Source: an uncultured bacterium | GTDB lineage: Bacteria; Zixibacteria; MSB-5A5; UBA10806 | Direction: 5' to 3' | Assembly (NCBI GenBank): GCA_965541585.1 | Contig: CBEUCH010000009.1 | Span: forward strand, 1 to 64,000 | DNA: 64,000 nt | In this document: piece by piece, positions 29,957-40,883 of the stretch | Position numbering within the stretch: the first letter of the stretch is position 1 | Layout of the letters: each line of letters starts with the position of its first letter | The notes under the pieces: generated by a model | Told to the model about the DNA's origin: nothing | Databases searched by the model: none | What the model saw: the letters and a program-made list of their open reading frames with translations, nothing else | Position numbers and translations under genes: made by a program

Positions 29957-30816
29957 TGGTTGATTGGTTCCGCAGAACGAGGAAGGGCATAATTGGCGAT
30001 CAGAAAAGGAATATCCCCGATGGGATATGGATTAAATGCCCCTCCTGCAGCGAAATCCTCACTGTCATGTCCCTCGAAAAACACTTCAGGGTATGTCTTA
30101 AGTGCGATTATCATTTTAAAATACCGCCTACAACATATATTAAGTTGCTTCTCGATGATGATTCCTTTGAGGAGTATGATGCCGATCTGGTATCCGACGA
30201 TCCTCTCACCTTTAAGGACTCGAAAAAATATCCCGAAAGAATTGCCGCCGCCAGAAAGAAGACCGGCAGAAACGACGCCATCATGGTGGGCATAGGGAAG
30301 ACCGATGGCATCGACGTTTCCTTCGGTGTAATGGATTTCGATTTTATCGGCGGTTCCATGGGAAGCGTTGTCGGAGAAAAAGTTGCCCGCTCTATCGAGA
30401 GGTCTCTTGAACATGGAATCCCTTTGATAATAGTCTGCAGTTCCGGTGGCGCCCGCATGATGGAGGGTATTCTCTCCCTGATGCAAATGGCCAAAACGTC
30501 GGCTCTGCTGGCGGTCCTGAATAAAAGGAGGATTCCGTATATCTCGGTTCTAACAAATCCAACTACGGCAGGTGTCATGGCATCCTATGCATCACTCGGG
30601 GACGTGATAATCGCCGAGCCAAAGGCGCTTCTGGGGTTCGCCGGGCCTCGAGTCATAACTCAGACCATTGGGGCGGAGCTGCCTCCCGGCTTCCAGTCTT
30701 CAGATTTTTTCCTCGATCACGGATTTCTTGACAAAATTGTAAGCAGGCCGAAGCTAAAAGACTCTGTCGTCAAACTCTTAAGATATATGCTTCCCCGAGA
30801 TGGCATTACGGAATAA
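29956..30816 (+). CDS. accD: Acetyl-CoA carboxylase carboxyltransferase beta subunit
   Basis: Zn finger WIKCPSC..VCLKC, GGSMGSVVGEK, SGGARMMEG, FAGPRVI. Confidence 0.96.
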   Translation: MVDWFRRTRKGIIGDQKRNIPDGIWIKCPSCSEILTVMSLEKHFRVCLKCDYHFKIPPTTYIKLLLDDDSFEEYDADLVSDDPLTFKDSKKYPERIAAARKKTGRNDAIMVGIGKTDGIDVSFGVMDFDFIGGSMGSVVGEKVARSIERSLEHGIPLIIVCSSGGARMMEGILSLMQMAKTSALLAVLNKRRIPYISVLTNPTTAGVMASYASLGDVIIAEPKALLGFAGPRVITQTIGAELPPGFQSSDFFLDHGFLDKIVSRPKLKDSVVKLLRYMLPRDGITE

Positions 30817-32101
30817 AACGCCCGAAATGAAATATAACGAGGTGCTGGATTACATTCTCCAGATGGAGAAATTCGGCATCAAATTAGGCCTTTCCAATAT
30901 TACGAGGTTTTTGGCCTATTTGGGAAACCCCCACCAGAGCTTTCCTGCAATACATATAGCAGGTACCAATGGTAAAGGCTCCACGGCTGCCGTCATGGAA
31001 TCGATCCTCTCTTCAGCCGGTCACAGGGTAGGCGTATTTACCTCGCCTCACCTGGTGGATTTCAGAGAGAGAATCAGCATTAGTGGCCGCTTTATAGAAA
31101 AGAAATATATAACTGATTTTTTCAACAAGAATCTTAAGAAAATCGAAAAGCTCCCCGTCACTTATTTCGAAGCTATGACCGCCCTGGCATTCTCATATTT
31201 TGGTGATGAAAAAATCGATGTTGCCTTAGTCGAAACGGGAATGGGTGGGAGAATGGACGCCACGAACGTGATTACGCCAAAGGTTACTATAATCACGAAC
31301 ATTGCCACAGAACATACCAGGTGGCTGGGTTTCAAGATCCGGGAGATCGCTTTTGAGAAAGCAGGAATAATAAAGCCCGGAATACCTGTTGTGACTGCGG
31401 CGGTTAACATGGATGCCCGCAAAGTTATAAGGCAGGTATGCGAACAGAATAAATGTAAGATGGTATCGGCATTCGATGAAACCCAGTGGATTATCAAAAG
31501 TATCTCCCGTGACAACACCGAGGTGGATATTTTCACGCGCTCGAATAAGTATTACAATCTGCGGCTGTCGCTTCCCGGGCGCCATCAGCTCGAAAATGCC
31601 GTATCTGCCCTCATAGCGGTTGAATTATTTGAGGAAGAAACCGGCATAAAGACCTCTCCGAATGCGGTTGCGGCCGGCTTCAGGTCGGTGAATTGGGAGG
31701 GTCGCCTGCAGAGGATCTCCGATTCACCCGTCATAATCCTCGATGTTGCCCATAACCCGGCTGCTCTCGCCAGAATCAGGGAATATTTCGACGAATTTTA
31801 TCCTGATAAGAAAATCATCGCCGTCTTCGGCATCCTCTCGGATAAAGATTACAATCAGATGCTAAAAGAGCTCGATAGAATCGCCGATGTTATCATTCTC
31901 ACTCGTCCTATGACCGACAGAGCCGCGGATCCCGAGCTACTGGCTGAGGAAATCGCCAAAACCGGAACAAACTTCCGGGTCATCCCGATGGTAAGAGAAG
32001 CCTACCAGGCCGCCAAGGACATAAGCAATCCCGATGATGTTATTCTGGTAACAGGCTCTCATTTTACAGTGGGTGAGGTGCTCTCGGGGCTGGCGCAATA
32101 G
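30800..32101 (+). CDS. folC: Dihydrofolate/folylpolyglutamate synthase
   Basis: HIAGTNGKGST, TSPHL, ETGMGGRMDATN, LDVAHNP. Confidence 0.95.
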   Translation: MALRNKTPEMKYNEVLDYILQMEKFGIKLGLSNITRFLAYLGNPHQSFPAIHIAGTNGKGSTAAVMESILSSAGHRVGVFTSPHLVDFRERISISGRFIEKKYITDFFNKNLKKIEKLPVTYFEAMTALAFSYFGDEKIDVALVETGMGGRMDATNVITPKVTIITNIATEHTRWLGFKIREIAFEKAGIIKPGIPVVTAAVNMDARKVIRQVCEQNKCKMVSAFDETQWIIKSISRDNTEVDIFTRSNKYYNLRLSLPGRHQLENAVSALIAVELFEEETGIKTSPNAVAAGFRSVNWEGRLQRISDSPVIILDVAHNPAALARIREYFDEFYPDKKIIAVFGILSDKDYNQMLKELDRIADVIILTRPMTDRAADPELLAEEIAKTGTNFRVIPMVREAYQAAKDISNPDDVILVTGSHFTVGEVLSGLAQ

Positions 32102-32210
32102 GAAGTTTATCCCGTAAGTTTTGTTTTCTTATGATAGCGGATGATTATAGCTATATTTTCCCTTAGATTTTCGCTAACATTCGCAGGCCTCATTTGTATA
32201 TTATGATAAT

Positions 32211-34205
32211 ATGGCCGATTTCAAACTGCACTCCACCTACCAGCCCAGGGGCGACCAACCGGAGGCCATCCGGCAACTGACCGAGGGCCTCGAACGTGGC
32301 GATAAGCACCAGACCCTCCTGGGAGTCACCGGCTCCGGCAAAACCTTCACCATGGCCAATGTCATAGCCAATTACCAAAGGCCAACCCTGGTCATTTCTC
32401 ATAACAAGACCCTTGCAGCTCAGCTCTATGGCGAGTTCAAAGGTTTCTTCCCCGAAAACGCGGTGGAGTTTTTCATCAGCTACTATGACTACTATCAGCC
32501 CGAAGCCTACATCCCCAGTTCCGACACCTACATCGAAAAAGATACCTCGATCAATGAGGATATCGATCGTCTTCGATTGCGGGCGACCTCATCGCTCATG
32601 GAGCGGGACGATGTCATCATAGTGGCCTCCGTTTCCTGCATCTACGGCCTCGGTTCCCCGGAGGATTACAAGGATATGCTCGTATTTTTGGAGTCCGGCC
32701 AGTCCATAGAAAGGGATAGATTGCTGAAGGATCTGATAGACATTCATTATTCCCGAAACGATATTGAATTCGGCCGCGGCCATTTCAGGGTCAGAGGCGA
32801 TGTGGTCGAGATCCATCCGGCCTATGACGATCAGGCCGTCAGGGTGCAGTTCTCAGGCGATGAAATCGAAAAAATCACAATCATCAATATCGTCGAAGGC
32901 TCGGTTCTGGCCGAGAAGAATAAGCATGCCATTTATCCCGCGAGACATTTTGTCACCAGAAAAGAAAAACTGATCGGGGCTGTCGATTCAATAGAAACGG
33001 AGCTTGCCGACCGGCTGAAGAGTTACCGGGAAAATAGCAAACTTCTCGAAGCCCAGAGGCTGGAATCCAGAACGAAATACGATATCGAGATGATGCAGGA
33101 GATCGGCTACTGTTCCGGCATAGAGAACTACTCTCGATACCTTTCAGGAAGAAAACCCGGCGAGTCTCCATATACCCTGATAGATTTCTTTCCGTCGGAT
33201 TTCCTGACAATAATAGACGAATCGCATCAGACCATTCCGCAGATTAAGGGGATGTACAGGGGAGACCGATCGCGGAAAGAGACTCTGGTCGAATACGGAT
33301 TTCGGCTTCCATCGGCCCTGGACAACCGACCGCTTTTCTTCGAAGAGTTTGAATCCAGGGTGCACCGGGCGATATTCGTTTCTGCGACTCCGGCGGAATA
33401 CGAACTTGAGAAATCAAAGGGTGTACTGGTGGAGCAGATTATTCGACCCACCGGTCTCGTCGACCCGATAATAACGATCAAACCTGTAGCATCTCAGGTC
33501 GATGACTTGATCGGGCAAATTAGGAGGGTTACTCCCCGCGGTGAGAGAATTCTGGTGACAACTTTGACCAAGAGGATGGCCGAGGATCTGACCGATTATC
33601 TTAATAACCTCGGTGTAAAAGTGAGATATCTCCATTCGGAAATCGATGCCATCGACAGGGTCGAAATATTGAGAGATCTAAGACTGGCCGAGTTCGACGT
33701 TCTGGTCGGGATAAATCTGTTGAGGGAAGGTCTCGATCTGCCGGAGGTTTCGCTGGTGGCCATCCTCGATGCCGACAAGGAGGGATTCTTGCGTTCGGAA
33801 AGATCGCTGATCCAGACTGCCGGGCGAGCGGCTCGCAACAAGGCGGGGGAGGTAATCCTCTATGCGGACAAGATAACCGACTCAATCAGAAAAGCGGTTT
33901 CGGAAACCGATCGTCGGCGGAAAATTCAGATCGAATATAATGATAAGCATGGCATTAAGCCTGAGACTATTGTAAAATCGCGCGACGAGATCTTGAGAAC
34001 AACGTCATTCGCCGATGCCAAAACGGCCATACCGGAACGGGCCGCCCCGGAAGAAATTGATGCCGTAGCCAGGCTGGAATACGAGGAGAGAATTCAAGCC
34101 CTGCAGAGGCTGATGAGAAAGGCAGCAAAAGAATTACAATTTGAGAAAGCGGCGGAACTGAGAAATGAAATCTCGCGTCTGAGAAAGGCGGTTGGAAAAG
34201 AATGA
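32211..34205 (+). CDS. uvrB: Excinuclease ABC subunit B
   Basis: [18 protein letters not shown] beta-hairpin, DESH, GRAARN, C-terminal UVR domain. Confidence 0.98.
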   Translation: MADFKLHSTYQPRGDQPEAIRQLTEGLERGDKHQTLLGVTGSGKTFTMANVIANYQRPTLVISHNKTLAAQLYGEFKGFFPENAVEFFISYYDYYQPEAYIPSSDTYIEKDTSINEDIDRLRLRATSSLMERDDVIIVASVSCIYGLGSPEDYKDMLVFLESGQSIERDRLLKDLIDIHYSRNDIEFGRGHFRVRGDVVEIHPAYDDQAVRVQFSGDEIEKITIINIVEGSVLAEKNKHAIYPARHFVTRKEKLIGAVDSIETELADRLKSYRENSKLLEAQRLESRTKYDIEMMQEIGYCSGIENYSRYLSGRKPGESPYTLIDFFPSDFLTIIDESHQTIPQIKGMYRGDRSRKETLVEYGFRLPSALDNRPLFFEEFESRVHRAIFVSATPAEYELEKSKGVLVEQIIRPTGLVDPIITIKPVASQVDDLIGQIRRVTPRGERILVTTLTKRMAEDLTDYLNNLGVKVRYLHSEIDAIDRVEILRDLRLAEFDVLVGINLLREGLDLPEVSLVAILDADKEGFLRSERSLIQTAGRAARNKAGEVILYADKITDSIRKAVSETDRRRKIQIEYNDKHGIKPETIVKSRDEILRTTSFADAKTAIPERAAPEEIDAVARLEYEERIQALQRLMRKAAKELQFEKAAELRNEISRLRKAVGKE

Positions 34206-35095
34206 CTGAGCTAAAAAAAAATCTCGACGTTTTAATGGTTTTGATGCTCATCCTCATGCTTTCATGCGGAGATACCGGTGTAACCGGGCAGGATGAACCG
34301 ACTGACGAGGACGCAATCTATAATATCATCAGATTTGACCGGCCCTCGGAATTCAATATTAACCTTCTGGATTTCTCCGTTCCCGAGACTTTAATGGTGC
34401 CAATAGGGCCGATTGTGCCTGCTGATTACTGGCTCGATCTTGACAGCGATTCTCTGTTTATTGCAATCGATATCAATTATCCACAGCCCGGAGACCCGGT
34501 TGGAACCAACGCCAAAGCCGATGTTCGGCTATCGAAATATTTTTTCGGGACATTTGAAATAATCGGCGTGGATACGACCGGCGGCGATCAGGTTCCGGTC
34601 AGGATGTCGAAGGAGTTTACTATTCTGGGCATCATGGAGGCAGATTTTGAGAAGTTCGGGGCTGATTACCACACCCGCCGGGGCTGGCTGCTGACAGATA
34701 TCTCCGATGCTGTCTTTGTCGGCGATGTCCCTGGCCCAATTGGAGCAATCGGTCCGATAGCAATAAATTCAGCATCAAACCCGGACTATATTGTCGATAC
34801 CGATATCAGGCCCTTATCGGATGTTCTGCGGTTTGCTCCAGACGAGTCTCTGACGGTTTCGATTATCGCTGCAGATACAGGTGACTTCATAAGCCTCCGT
34901 TACAGGTCCGGTACGGATTTCAGATCGGTTCCGATCATGCCCAATGCCGAGGGTGAATATATTGCCGGCTTCAGAGTTTCCGGTAGCGAAGGATACGATC
35001 ATTTCCTGGTCGAGGCCATAAGCAATGAGACAGTTACAGATACGGCGGCGAGCTTTAAGCAGAAAGCGATCGGCATTCTCTATCGTATCAGGTAG
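34202..35095 (+). CDS. Hypothetical acidic lipoprotein
   Basis: Signal peptide with lipobox MLSC. Confidence 0.7.
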   Translation: MTELKKNLDVLMVLMLILMLSCGDTGVTGQDEPTDEDAIYNIIRFDRPSEFNINLLDFSVPETLMVPIGPIVPADYWLDLDSDSLFIAIDINYPQPGDPVGTNAKADVRLSKYFFGTFEIIGVDTTGGDQVPVRMSKEFTILGIMEADFEKFGADYHTRRGWLLTDISDAVFVGDVPGPIGAIGPIAINSASNPDYIVDTDIRPLSDVLRFAPDESLTVSIIAADTGDFISLRYRSGTDFRSVPIMPNAEGEYIAGFRVSGSEGYDHFLVEAISNETVTDTAASFKQKAIGILYRIR

Positions 35096-35182
35096 TGAAG
35101 CAGCCCGGGAAGCGTGATGGTTTTCGAAAAATCACTTTCTTTGCCGGTGGAATAGTATTATATTCGCTCAAACGGAGGAGTT

Positions 35183-35371
35183 ATGGCTAAAAGACAATCT
35201 TTCGCCGACAAAGCGTCAAAGAAAAAACATGTGCTCAATTGCGAGGTCTGTAATTCACCTATCACAGCAACTCTGGTGGTGCTTCCGCAGACTACCGGTA
35301 GCGGGAATATTAAGTATAAAAAGAGAATGGTGAGCGTCTGTAAGTGTAACCACAAAGAAATCTATGGGTGA
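35183..35371 (+). CDS. Small basic Cys4 protein, possibly a Zn-binding relative of ribosomal protein bL38 (DUF4295)
   Basis: Strong RBS GGAGGAG; MAKRQSFADK start; CxxC and CxC; followed by a hairpin. Confidence 0.6.
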   Translation: MAKRQSFADKASKKKHVLNCEVCNSPITATLVVLPQTTGSGNIKYKKRMVSVCKCNHKEIYG

Positions 35372-35411
35372 GCGTAACTTATTTGTGTATATATGATTAT
35401 CGAGTTAAATC

Positions 35412-35446
35412 AGCCGACGATTCCAGATGGTTAGAATCGGCGGCTT
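35412..35446 (+). terminator. Stem-loop after the small basic gene, probable terminator
   Basis: AGCCGACGATTC / GAATCGGCGGCT inverted repeat. Confidence 0.5.
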
Positions 35447-35462
35447 GTGAAAATATTTACAA
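35445..35462. promoter_or_regulatory. Rex-type operator upstream of the VOR operon
   Basis: TTGTGAA-AATA-TTTACAA against consensus TTGTGAA-N4-TTCACAA (1 mismatch), just upstream of TTGACC-17-TATTTT (35469-35497). Confidence 0.55.
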
Positions 35463-35534
35463 AATCCCTTGACCCGTGCGGCTCCGGGGATTATTTTTTG
35501 TTGATATGGATTTCCAGTTATCGAGGAGGTCTCG

Positions 35535-35738
35535 ATGGCCAAAATAGATGTTGATACTGTACGCTGTAAGGGATGCGAATTGTGTATTCCGGCCTGCCCC
35601 AAAGACGTTATCGGCCTCTCAAAATCCTTTTCCTCCTCCGGATACTATCCGGCCACTATGGTCCAGCCCGAGGCATGTAATGGCTGTAAACTTTGCGCTT
35701 ATGTTTGTCCCGATGTAGCCATTACAGTCTATAAATAG
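35535..35738 (+). CDS. 2[4Fe-4S] ferredoxin-like delta subunit of 2-oxoacid:ferredoxin oxidoreductase
   Basis: CKGCELCIPACP and CNGCKLCAYVCP. Confidence 0.92.
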   Translation: MAKIDVDTVRCKGCELCIPACPKDVIGLSKSFSSSGYYPATMVQPEACNGCKLCAYVCPDVAITVYK

Positions 35739-35750
35739 GAAGGATTAGAA

Positions 35751-36833
35751 ATGTCCGAGAGAATATTGATGAAGGGTAATGAGGCGATTGCTGAAGGCGC
35801 CGTGAGAGCCGGCTGCCGATTCTTCGCCGGCTATCCCATAACGCCCCAAAATGAAATCCCTGAATACATGTCATGGCGTCTTCCGGAAAAAGGGGGTACA
35901 TTCATTCAAGCCGAATCAGAGGTTTCCGCCATAAACATGCTTTACGGCGCCAGTTCTGTCGGAACAAGAGTAATGACTTCATCGTCATCGCCGGGGATTA
36001 GCTTAAAGCAGGAGGGGATCTCCTATTGCGCCTCGGCGGAACTTCCTATTTTCTATGCCAACGTTGTCAGGGGCGGGCCGGGACTCGGCAACATCGCTCC
36101 GGCACAGGGGGACTATTTTCAAGCCACGCGCGGCGGCGGCCATGGCGATTATCGCGTCATCGTCATGGCTCCGAAATCGGTTGAAGAGATGGCTAATTTC
36201 CCGAGAAAATGTTACGATCTGGCATTCAAATACAGAATTCCCACCATGGTTCTGGCTGACGGAATCCTGGGCCAGATGATGGAACCGATCACATTCGATT
36301 TCGATCCCATAGATCCCGGCTCATTACCGGCGCCGGATTGGGCCTTGAGGGGTACCAACGGTGGCGAAAGGAGAGTCATAAAATCCTATGACCTGAGGCC
36401 GGGGAAGATGGAAGAATGGAATTTTCGGCTTGAGAAAAAATACGATCAAATAAGGGCTGACGAAACCAGATATGAAAGTTTTAACCTGGATGACGCTGAG
36501 ATTATTCTAACGGGATACGGCACATCGGCCAGGATTTGTGAATCAGCCATGATGCTCGGCAGGAGCCAGGGGTTGAAGATAGGTCTGGTGAGACCGATAA
36601 CGCTCTGGCCATTCCCCGGTCAGGTCTTTCGGGATCTGGCTGTTAAAGTCAGCAAATTCCTGGTCATCGAAATGAGTCTCGGACAGTATGTCGAGGATGT
36701 TCAGCTTTCTGTTAACGGTAAATCTGAAATTCACCTGCATAAACGTCCGGCGGGCGGCATTCCAACCGGCGAAGAGGTCCTTGAAATAACAAGAAAGGTC
36801 CTTGCCGGCGATGACTCCCTGCGGTTTGCCTGA
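35751..36833 (+). CDS. vorB: 2-oxoisovalerate-type 2-oxoacid:ferredoxin oxidoreductase, alpha-type subunit
   Basis: MKGNEAIAE, GYPITPQ, QAESE, TSSSSPGISLKQE, GGGHGDY. Confidence 0.88.
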   Translation: MSERILMKGNEAIAEGAVRAGCRFFAGYPITPQNEIPEYMSWRLPEKGGTFIQAESEVSAINMLYGASSVGTRVMTSSSSPGISLKQEGISYCASAELPIFYANVVRGGPGLGNIAPAQGDYFQATRGGGHGDYRVIVMAPKSVEEMANFPRKCYDLAFKYRIPTMVLADGILGQMMEPITFDFDPIDPGSLPAPDWALRGTNGGERRVIKSYDLRPGKMEEWNFRLEKKYDQIRADETRYESFNLDDAEIILTGYGTSARICESAMMLGRSQGLKIGLVRPITLWPFPGQVFRDLAVKVSKFLVIEMSLGQYVEDVQLSVNGKSEIHLHKRPAGGIPTGEEVLEITRKVLAGDDSLRFA

Positions 36834-36857
36834 TATCTGGCTGGATTGGAGATAGAC

Positions 36858-37658
36858 ATGAAAAAAGTTTTCGAACAGACAAAAGGACTCACCGATATCC
36901 CCATGCGGTATTGCCCCGGTTGTGGTCATGGTGTTGTCCATCGCCTGGTTGCCGAGGTTTACGAGGAACTCGGGGTCCAGGGACAGACAATCGGGGTTGG
37001 GCCCGTGGGATGTTCGGTTTTCGCCGATGAGTATTTCAATGTCGATATGATCCAGGGCGCTCATGGCAGGGGACCGGCTATCGCCACCGGCATCAAGAGA
37101 AACCTTCCCGACCGATTGGTTTTCTCATACCAGGGAGATGGTGACCTGGCATCGATAGGAGCTGCCGAGATGCTACACGTTGCCATGCGCTCGGAGAACA
37201 TCACCATCATTTTTATAAACAACGCCATCTACGGTATGACCGGCGGGCAGATGGCGCCGACAACGCTTCTGGGTATGAAATCGACAACCTCCCCGGCGGG
37301 CCGCACTGTTGAGGCCCACGGTTATCCGATTAAAGTCTGCGAACTGCTGTCCGTTCTCGACGGACCGGTCTATCTCGAAAGAACCTCGGTTGACAAACCG
37401 GCCGGGGTGATCAAGACCAAAAAGGCGATCAAACGCGCATTCGAATACCAGCTGCAGGGACGGGGTTTCACCCTGGTTGAGATACTCTCTCAATGCCCCA
37501 CCGACTGGGGAATGACTCCCCTGCAATCGTTGGAGCGAATCAGAAATGAGATGATCCCATATTTTCCTCTCGGCGTGTACCTGGAGCCCGAGGATGACAA
37601 AAGATCGCGGCCGGCCAAAACCACAACTGCAGAGTCCGTCTCAGCCAGGAAGGGGTAA
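36858..37658 (+). CDS. 2-oxoacid:ferredoxin oxidoreductase beta (TPP-binding) subunit
   Basis: YCPGCGHG, YQGDGDLASIG, NNAIYGMTGGQ, SQCPT. Confidence 0.92.
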   Translation: MKKVFEQTKGLTDIPMRYCPGCGHGVVHRLVAEVYEELGVQGQTIGVGPVGCSVFADEYFNVDMIQGAHGRGPAIATGIKRNLPDRLVFSYQGDGDLASIGAAEMLHVAMRSENITIIFINNAIYGMTGGQMAPTTLLGMKSTTSPAGRTVEAHGYPIKVCELLSVLDGPVYLERTSVDKPAGVIKTKKAIKRAFEYQLQGRGFTLVEILSQCPTDWGMTPLQSLERIRNEMIPYFPLGVYLEPEDDKRSRPAKTTTAESVSARKG

Positions 37659-37663
37659 GGCGG

Positions 37664-38200
37664 ATGTATCAGGGAATCATAATGTCCGGTTTTGGCGGCC
37701 AGGGGATCATATCGTGTGGTATAATGTTGGCTTACGCCGGAATGATGGACGGCAAAAACGTTACCTTCTTTCCTGCTTATGGCGCCGAAATGAGAGGCGG
37801 CACCGCCAACTGTTCCGTGGTAGTGTCAACGGATCTTGTGGCATCGCCCGTTGTCGGCAGTCCGGATTCCATTATGATATTAAACGAGCCATCCCTTGCG
37901 AAATTTGAACCGGTTCTTAAGCAGGCCGGATTGCTCTTTTTGAATACGTCCCTGGTGGCATCGAAACCAACAAGGGCGGATATTACGGTTATAGAAGTGC
38001 CCGCTAACGACATTGCCGAAGAACTGGGAAACATAAAGGCCGCCAATATGGTCATGCTTGGCGCCTACGCAAAAAAAACCGGCGCCGTCAGAATCGAGAC
38101 TCTTAAAGACAGTATAAAGAAAGTCTACGTGCGGGCCGCCGACCAGATGGTCGAAACCAACAAAAAAGCCATAGATAGAGGAGTCGCTATCGCAGGATAG
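37664..38200 (+). CDS. 2-oxoacid:ferredoxin oxidoreductase gamma subunit
   Basis: GFGGQG, YGAEMRGG, NMVMLGA. Confidence 0.92.
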   Translation: MYQGIIMSGFGGQGIISCGIMLAYAGMMDGKNVTFFPAYGAEMRGGTANCSVVVSTDLVASPVVGSPDSIMILNEPSLAKFEPVLKQAGLLFLNTSLVASKPTRADITVIEVPANDIAEELGNIKAANMVMLGAYAKKTGAVRIETLKDSIKKVYVRAADQMVETNKKAIDRGVAIAG

Positions 38201-38277
38201 AGAATCGCGACTGCCTTTTCTAATTGTCTTTGAAATAGATATGATAATATTCCCGCACTCTTAAAAGGGAGCCTGAA

Positions 38278-38724
38278 ATGGGAATAGTGGATGAGTTGGA
38301 GAAATCCCATATGGATATACTGGCCGCAGTCGAAAATAACACGGCGGAGGAAATGTCCCGGGAAAAAACTATCGGCGAATGGTCTGTTCGAGATGTCATC
38401 CTGCATATCGCCATGTGGGAGGGCGAAGCATTGAAGGGTCTTGCAGTGTGGCGCACAGGACATGATCCCGATTGGTCATATATTAAGAGTATTCAGGTTT
38501 TCAACGATTTCTGGATCGATTCCGCTTCCAAGATGTCCGTAGATCAGGTCATGCGTATGTTCAATCTCATACATTATGCAGTCATAGCCGAGGTTTCTGC
38601 AATACCGGAGGATATCTGGCAGAAGCGTGGAGGCATACCCGGTTGGTCGAAGGATGAGACAACCAATCATTTCAAAGAACATATCCCCAGGGTGCAGGCT
38701 TATAAAGGATCCCTGGGTAAATAG
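38278..38724 (+). CDS. DinB/ClbS-like four-helix-bundle protein
   Basis: WSVRDVILHIAMWE and C-terminal HFKEH His triad. Confidence 0.75.
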   Translation: MGIVDELEKSHMDILAAVENNTAEEMSREKTIGEWSVRDVILHIAMWEGEALKGLAVWRTGHDPDWSYIKSIQVFNDFWIDSASKMSVDQVMRMFNLIHYAVIAEVSAIPEDIWQKRGGIPGWSKDETTNHFKEHIPRVQAYKGSLGK

Positions 38725-38827
38725 TCAAAGAATTGCTGCAGATACACTTCCACCGACAATAGAATCCTTTGAATATATTAGATCGGTAGTATATATTTAG
38801 ATTGCATTTGAATATCCGAGGCGAGGA

Positions 38828-40333
38828 TTGTTTAAGAAGATCTTAATTGCTAACAGGGGAGAGATAGCGGTAAGAATTATCCGGGCCTGCCGCGATCTCG
38901 ATATCAGGTCGGTGGCTGTCTTCTCCGAGCCGGATAGAACTTCATTGCATGTTCGCCTGGCTGACGAAGCCTACCCGATCGGCCCCGCGCCGTCATCTGA
39001 ATCTTATCTTGTAATCGATAGAATTATCGAGACGGCTAAGAAGGCAAAGGCTGAGGCAATTCATCCCGGTTATGGTTTTCTGGCTGAGAATCCCTTGTTC
39101 GCCAGGGCCTGTGAGGACGCAGGGATTGTATTTATAGGCCCGCCTGCGACCTCGATAGAAATGATGGGCGATAAGATAGCCGCCCGCAAAGCCATGATCA
39201 AAGCCGGCGTGAAGGTGGTACCCGGAGTTGAAAAACCGATAAGCAGTGAAAAGGATGCTATGACCATGGCCGGTAATATCGGCTACCCCGTCCTGATCAA
39301 AGCCGCTGCCGGTGGTGGCGGCAAGGGGATGCGAATCGTTGACGATGATTCGGGGATAAAATCTGCGGTCAGGGGTGCAAAATCTGAGGCTAAATCTGCT
39401 TTCGGCGACGATAGAATCTATATCGAAAAATATCTCCCCCGGCCACGCCATATCGAAATTCAGATGATTGCCGATCTCCACGGAAATTACGTCTATCTCG
39501 GAGAGCGGGAATGCTCCATTCAGAGGCGTCATCAGAAGGTGATTGAGGAGGCCCCCAGCCCGCTTGTCGATGATGCCATGCGCCAGAAGATGGGGCAGGC
39601 TGCCATCGCTGCCGCAAAAGCCGCCGGATATACCAACGCCGGAACAGTCGAGTTTCTCGCCGACGATGACAGGAAGTTTTACTTTCTGGAGATGAATACT
39701 CGTCTGCAAGTGGAGCATCCGGTAACCGAACTTGTGACCGGACTCGATCTTGCCATAGAACAGATCCGCATCGCTACGGGGGAGAAGCTGTCATTTATGC
39801 AAGATGATATCGCGATCGAGGGTTATGCCATAGAATGCCGCATCTATGCCGAGGATCCGAGCGCCGGATTCTTACCTTCAAGCGGACTTCTGCGCTGTTA
39901 CCAGGAGCCGGCCGGCCCGGGTATAAGAGTCGATTCGGGAGTTTACGAGGGGGCCGAAATTTCAGTATATTACGATCCTATGATCTCCAAGCTGCTCTCT
40001 TACGGCAAGGACCGTGGTCAGGCCATCGGCCGCATGAAACGTGCCTTAAATGAATACCGGATATCGGGCGTAACCACCAATATAGAATTTCACAAAACCG
40101 TTCTGGATCATCCCGAATTCGTCGCCGGAAATTTATCTACTCATTTCATCGATGATTACTTCGAAGCTGCGGACGAGCAGCATCAAAAGACAGAGGAAAC
40201 ACTGGCGGTTGCAGCAGCCATGGTGGAGCATAACGCTCGCAACAAGCTCTCCGTTTCGAACATGAAGAAAACTCCCGTCTCCGCCTGGAAGACCTCCTGG
40301 CGTCCGGGCAACAGCGAGCCGGATGACTTATGA
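38828..40333 (+). CDS. accC: Biotin carboxylase subunit, probably of propionyl-CoA carboxylase given the neighbours
   Basis: ANRGEIA, HPGYGFLAEN, GGGGKGMR, ERECSIQRRHQK, EMNTRLQVEH. Confidence 0.9.
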   Translation: MFKKILIANRGEIAVRIIRACRDLDIRSVAVFSEPDRTSLHVRLADEAYPIGPAPSSESYLVIDRIIETAKKAKAEAIHPGYGFLAENPLFARACEDAGIVFIGPPATSIEMMGDKIAARKAMIKAGVKVVPGVEKPISSEKDAMTMAGNIGYPVLIKAAAGGGGKGMRIVDDDSGIKSAVRGAKSEAKSAFGDDRIYIEKYLPRPRHIEIQMIADLHGNYVYLGERECSIQRRHQKVIEEAPSPLVDDAMRQKMGQAAIAAAKAAGYTNAGTVEFLADDDRKFYFLEMNTRLQVEHPVTELVTGLDLAIEQIRIATGEKLSFMQDDIAIEGYAIECRIYAEDPSAGFLPSSGLLRCYQEPAGPGIRVDSGVYEGAEISVYYDPMISKLLSYGKDRGQAIGRMKRALNEYRISGVTTNIEFHKTVLDHPEFVAGNLSTHFIDDYFEAADEQHQKTEETLAVAAAMVEHNARNKLSVSNMKKTPVSAWKTSWRPGNSEPDDL

Positions 40334-40830
40334 AATACCAAGTCAAAATAGGCGAGAGAAAGTACGAGGTCGGCATCGACGGCGACGGGCCCGGTGTCAC
40401 CGTCAACGGCCGGCGTTTGAATGTCGATCTGAGAAGTCTCAAAGGCGGCAAGCTCCATTCCATTCTGGCCGATAACGAAAATTTCGAGTTCGAGCTGGAG
40501 CGCTCCAACGGTGGGTTCAATCTCTGGCACGGGAGAGGGCAGGTCTTCGTCGAGGTCACCGACGAGAAAACCGAACGGCTTAAAAGACTCATGGGCGGTG
40601 CCGAAACCGGCAGAAAACAGGCCGTCCTGAGAGCCGCCATGCCCGGCCTGGTGGTTAAAGTAGAGGTTGAACCGGGGCAGAGAATCATGAAGGGAGACGG
40701 CCTTTTAATCATCGAGGCCATGAAGATGGAAAACGAGATCAAAGCCCAGAGCCCCGGCGTGGTCAATGAGATCAAAGTCAAACCCGGCCAGCCAGTTGAG
40801 AAAAACCAGGTGCTGGTTGTGTTTGAATAA
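40330..40830 (+). CDS. Biotin carboxyl carrier protein
   Basis: EAMKME biotinylation motif. Confidence 0.92.
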   Translation: MKYQVKIGERKYEVGIDGDGPGVTVNGRRLNVDLRSLKGGKLHSILADNENFEFELERSNGGFNLWHGRGQVFVEVTDEKTERLKRLMGGAETGRKQAVLRAAMPGLVVKVEVEPGQRIMKGDGLLIIEAMKMENEIKAQSPGVVNEIKVKPGQPVEKNQVLVVFE

Positions 40831-40883
40831 ATATACTTTTCAATGTTGTAATATCTAACAGGAATGAGGAACCCGACAATTTT

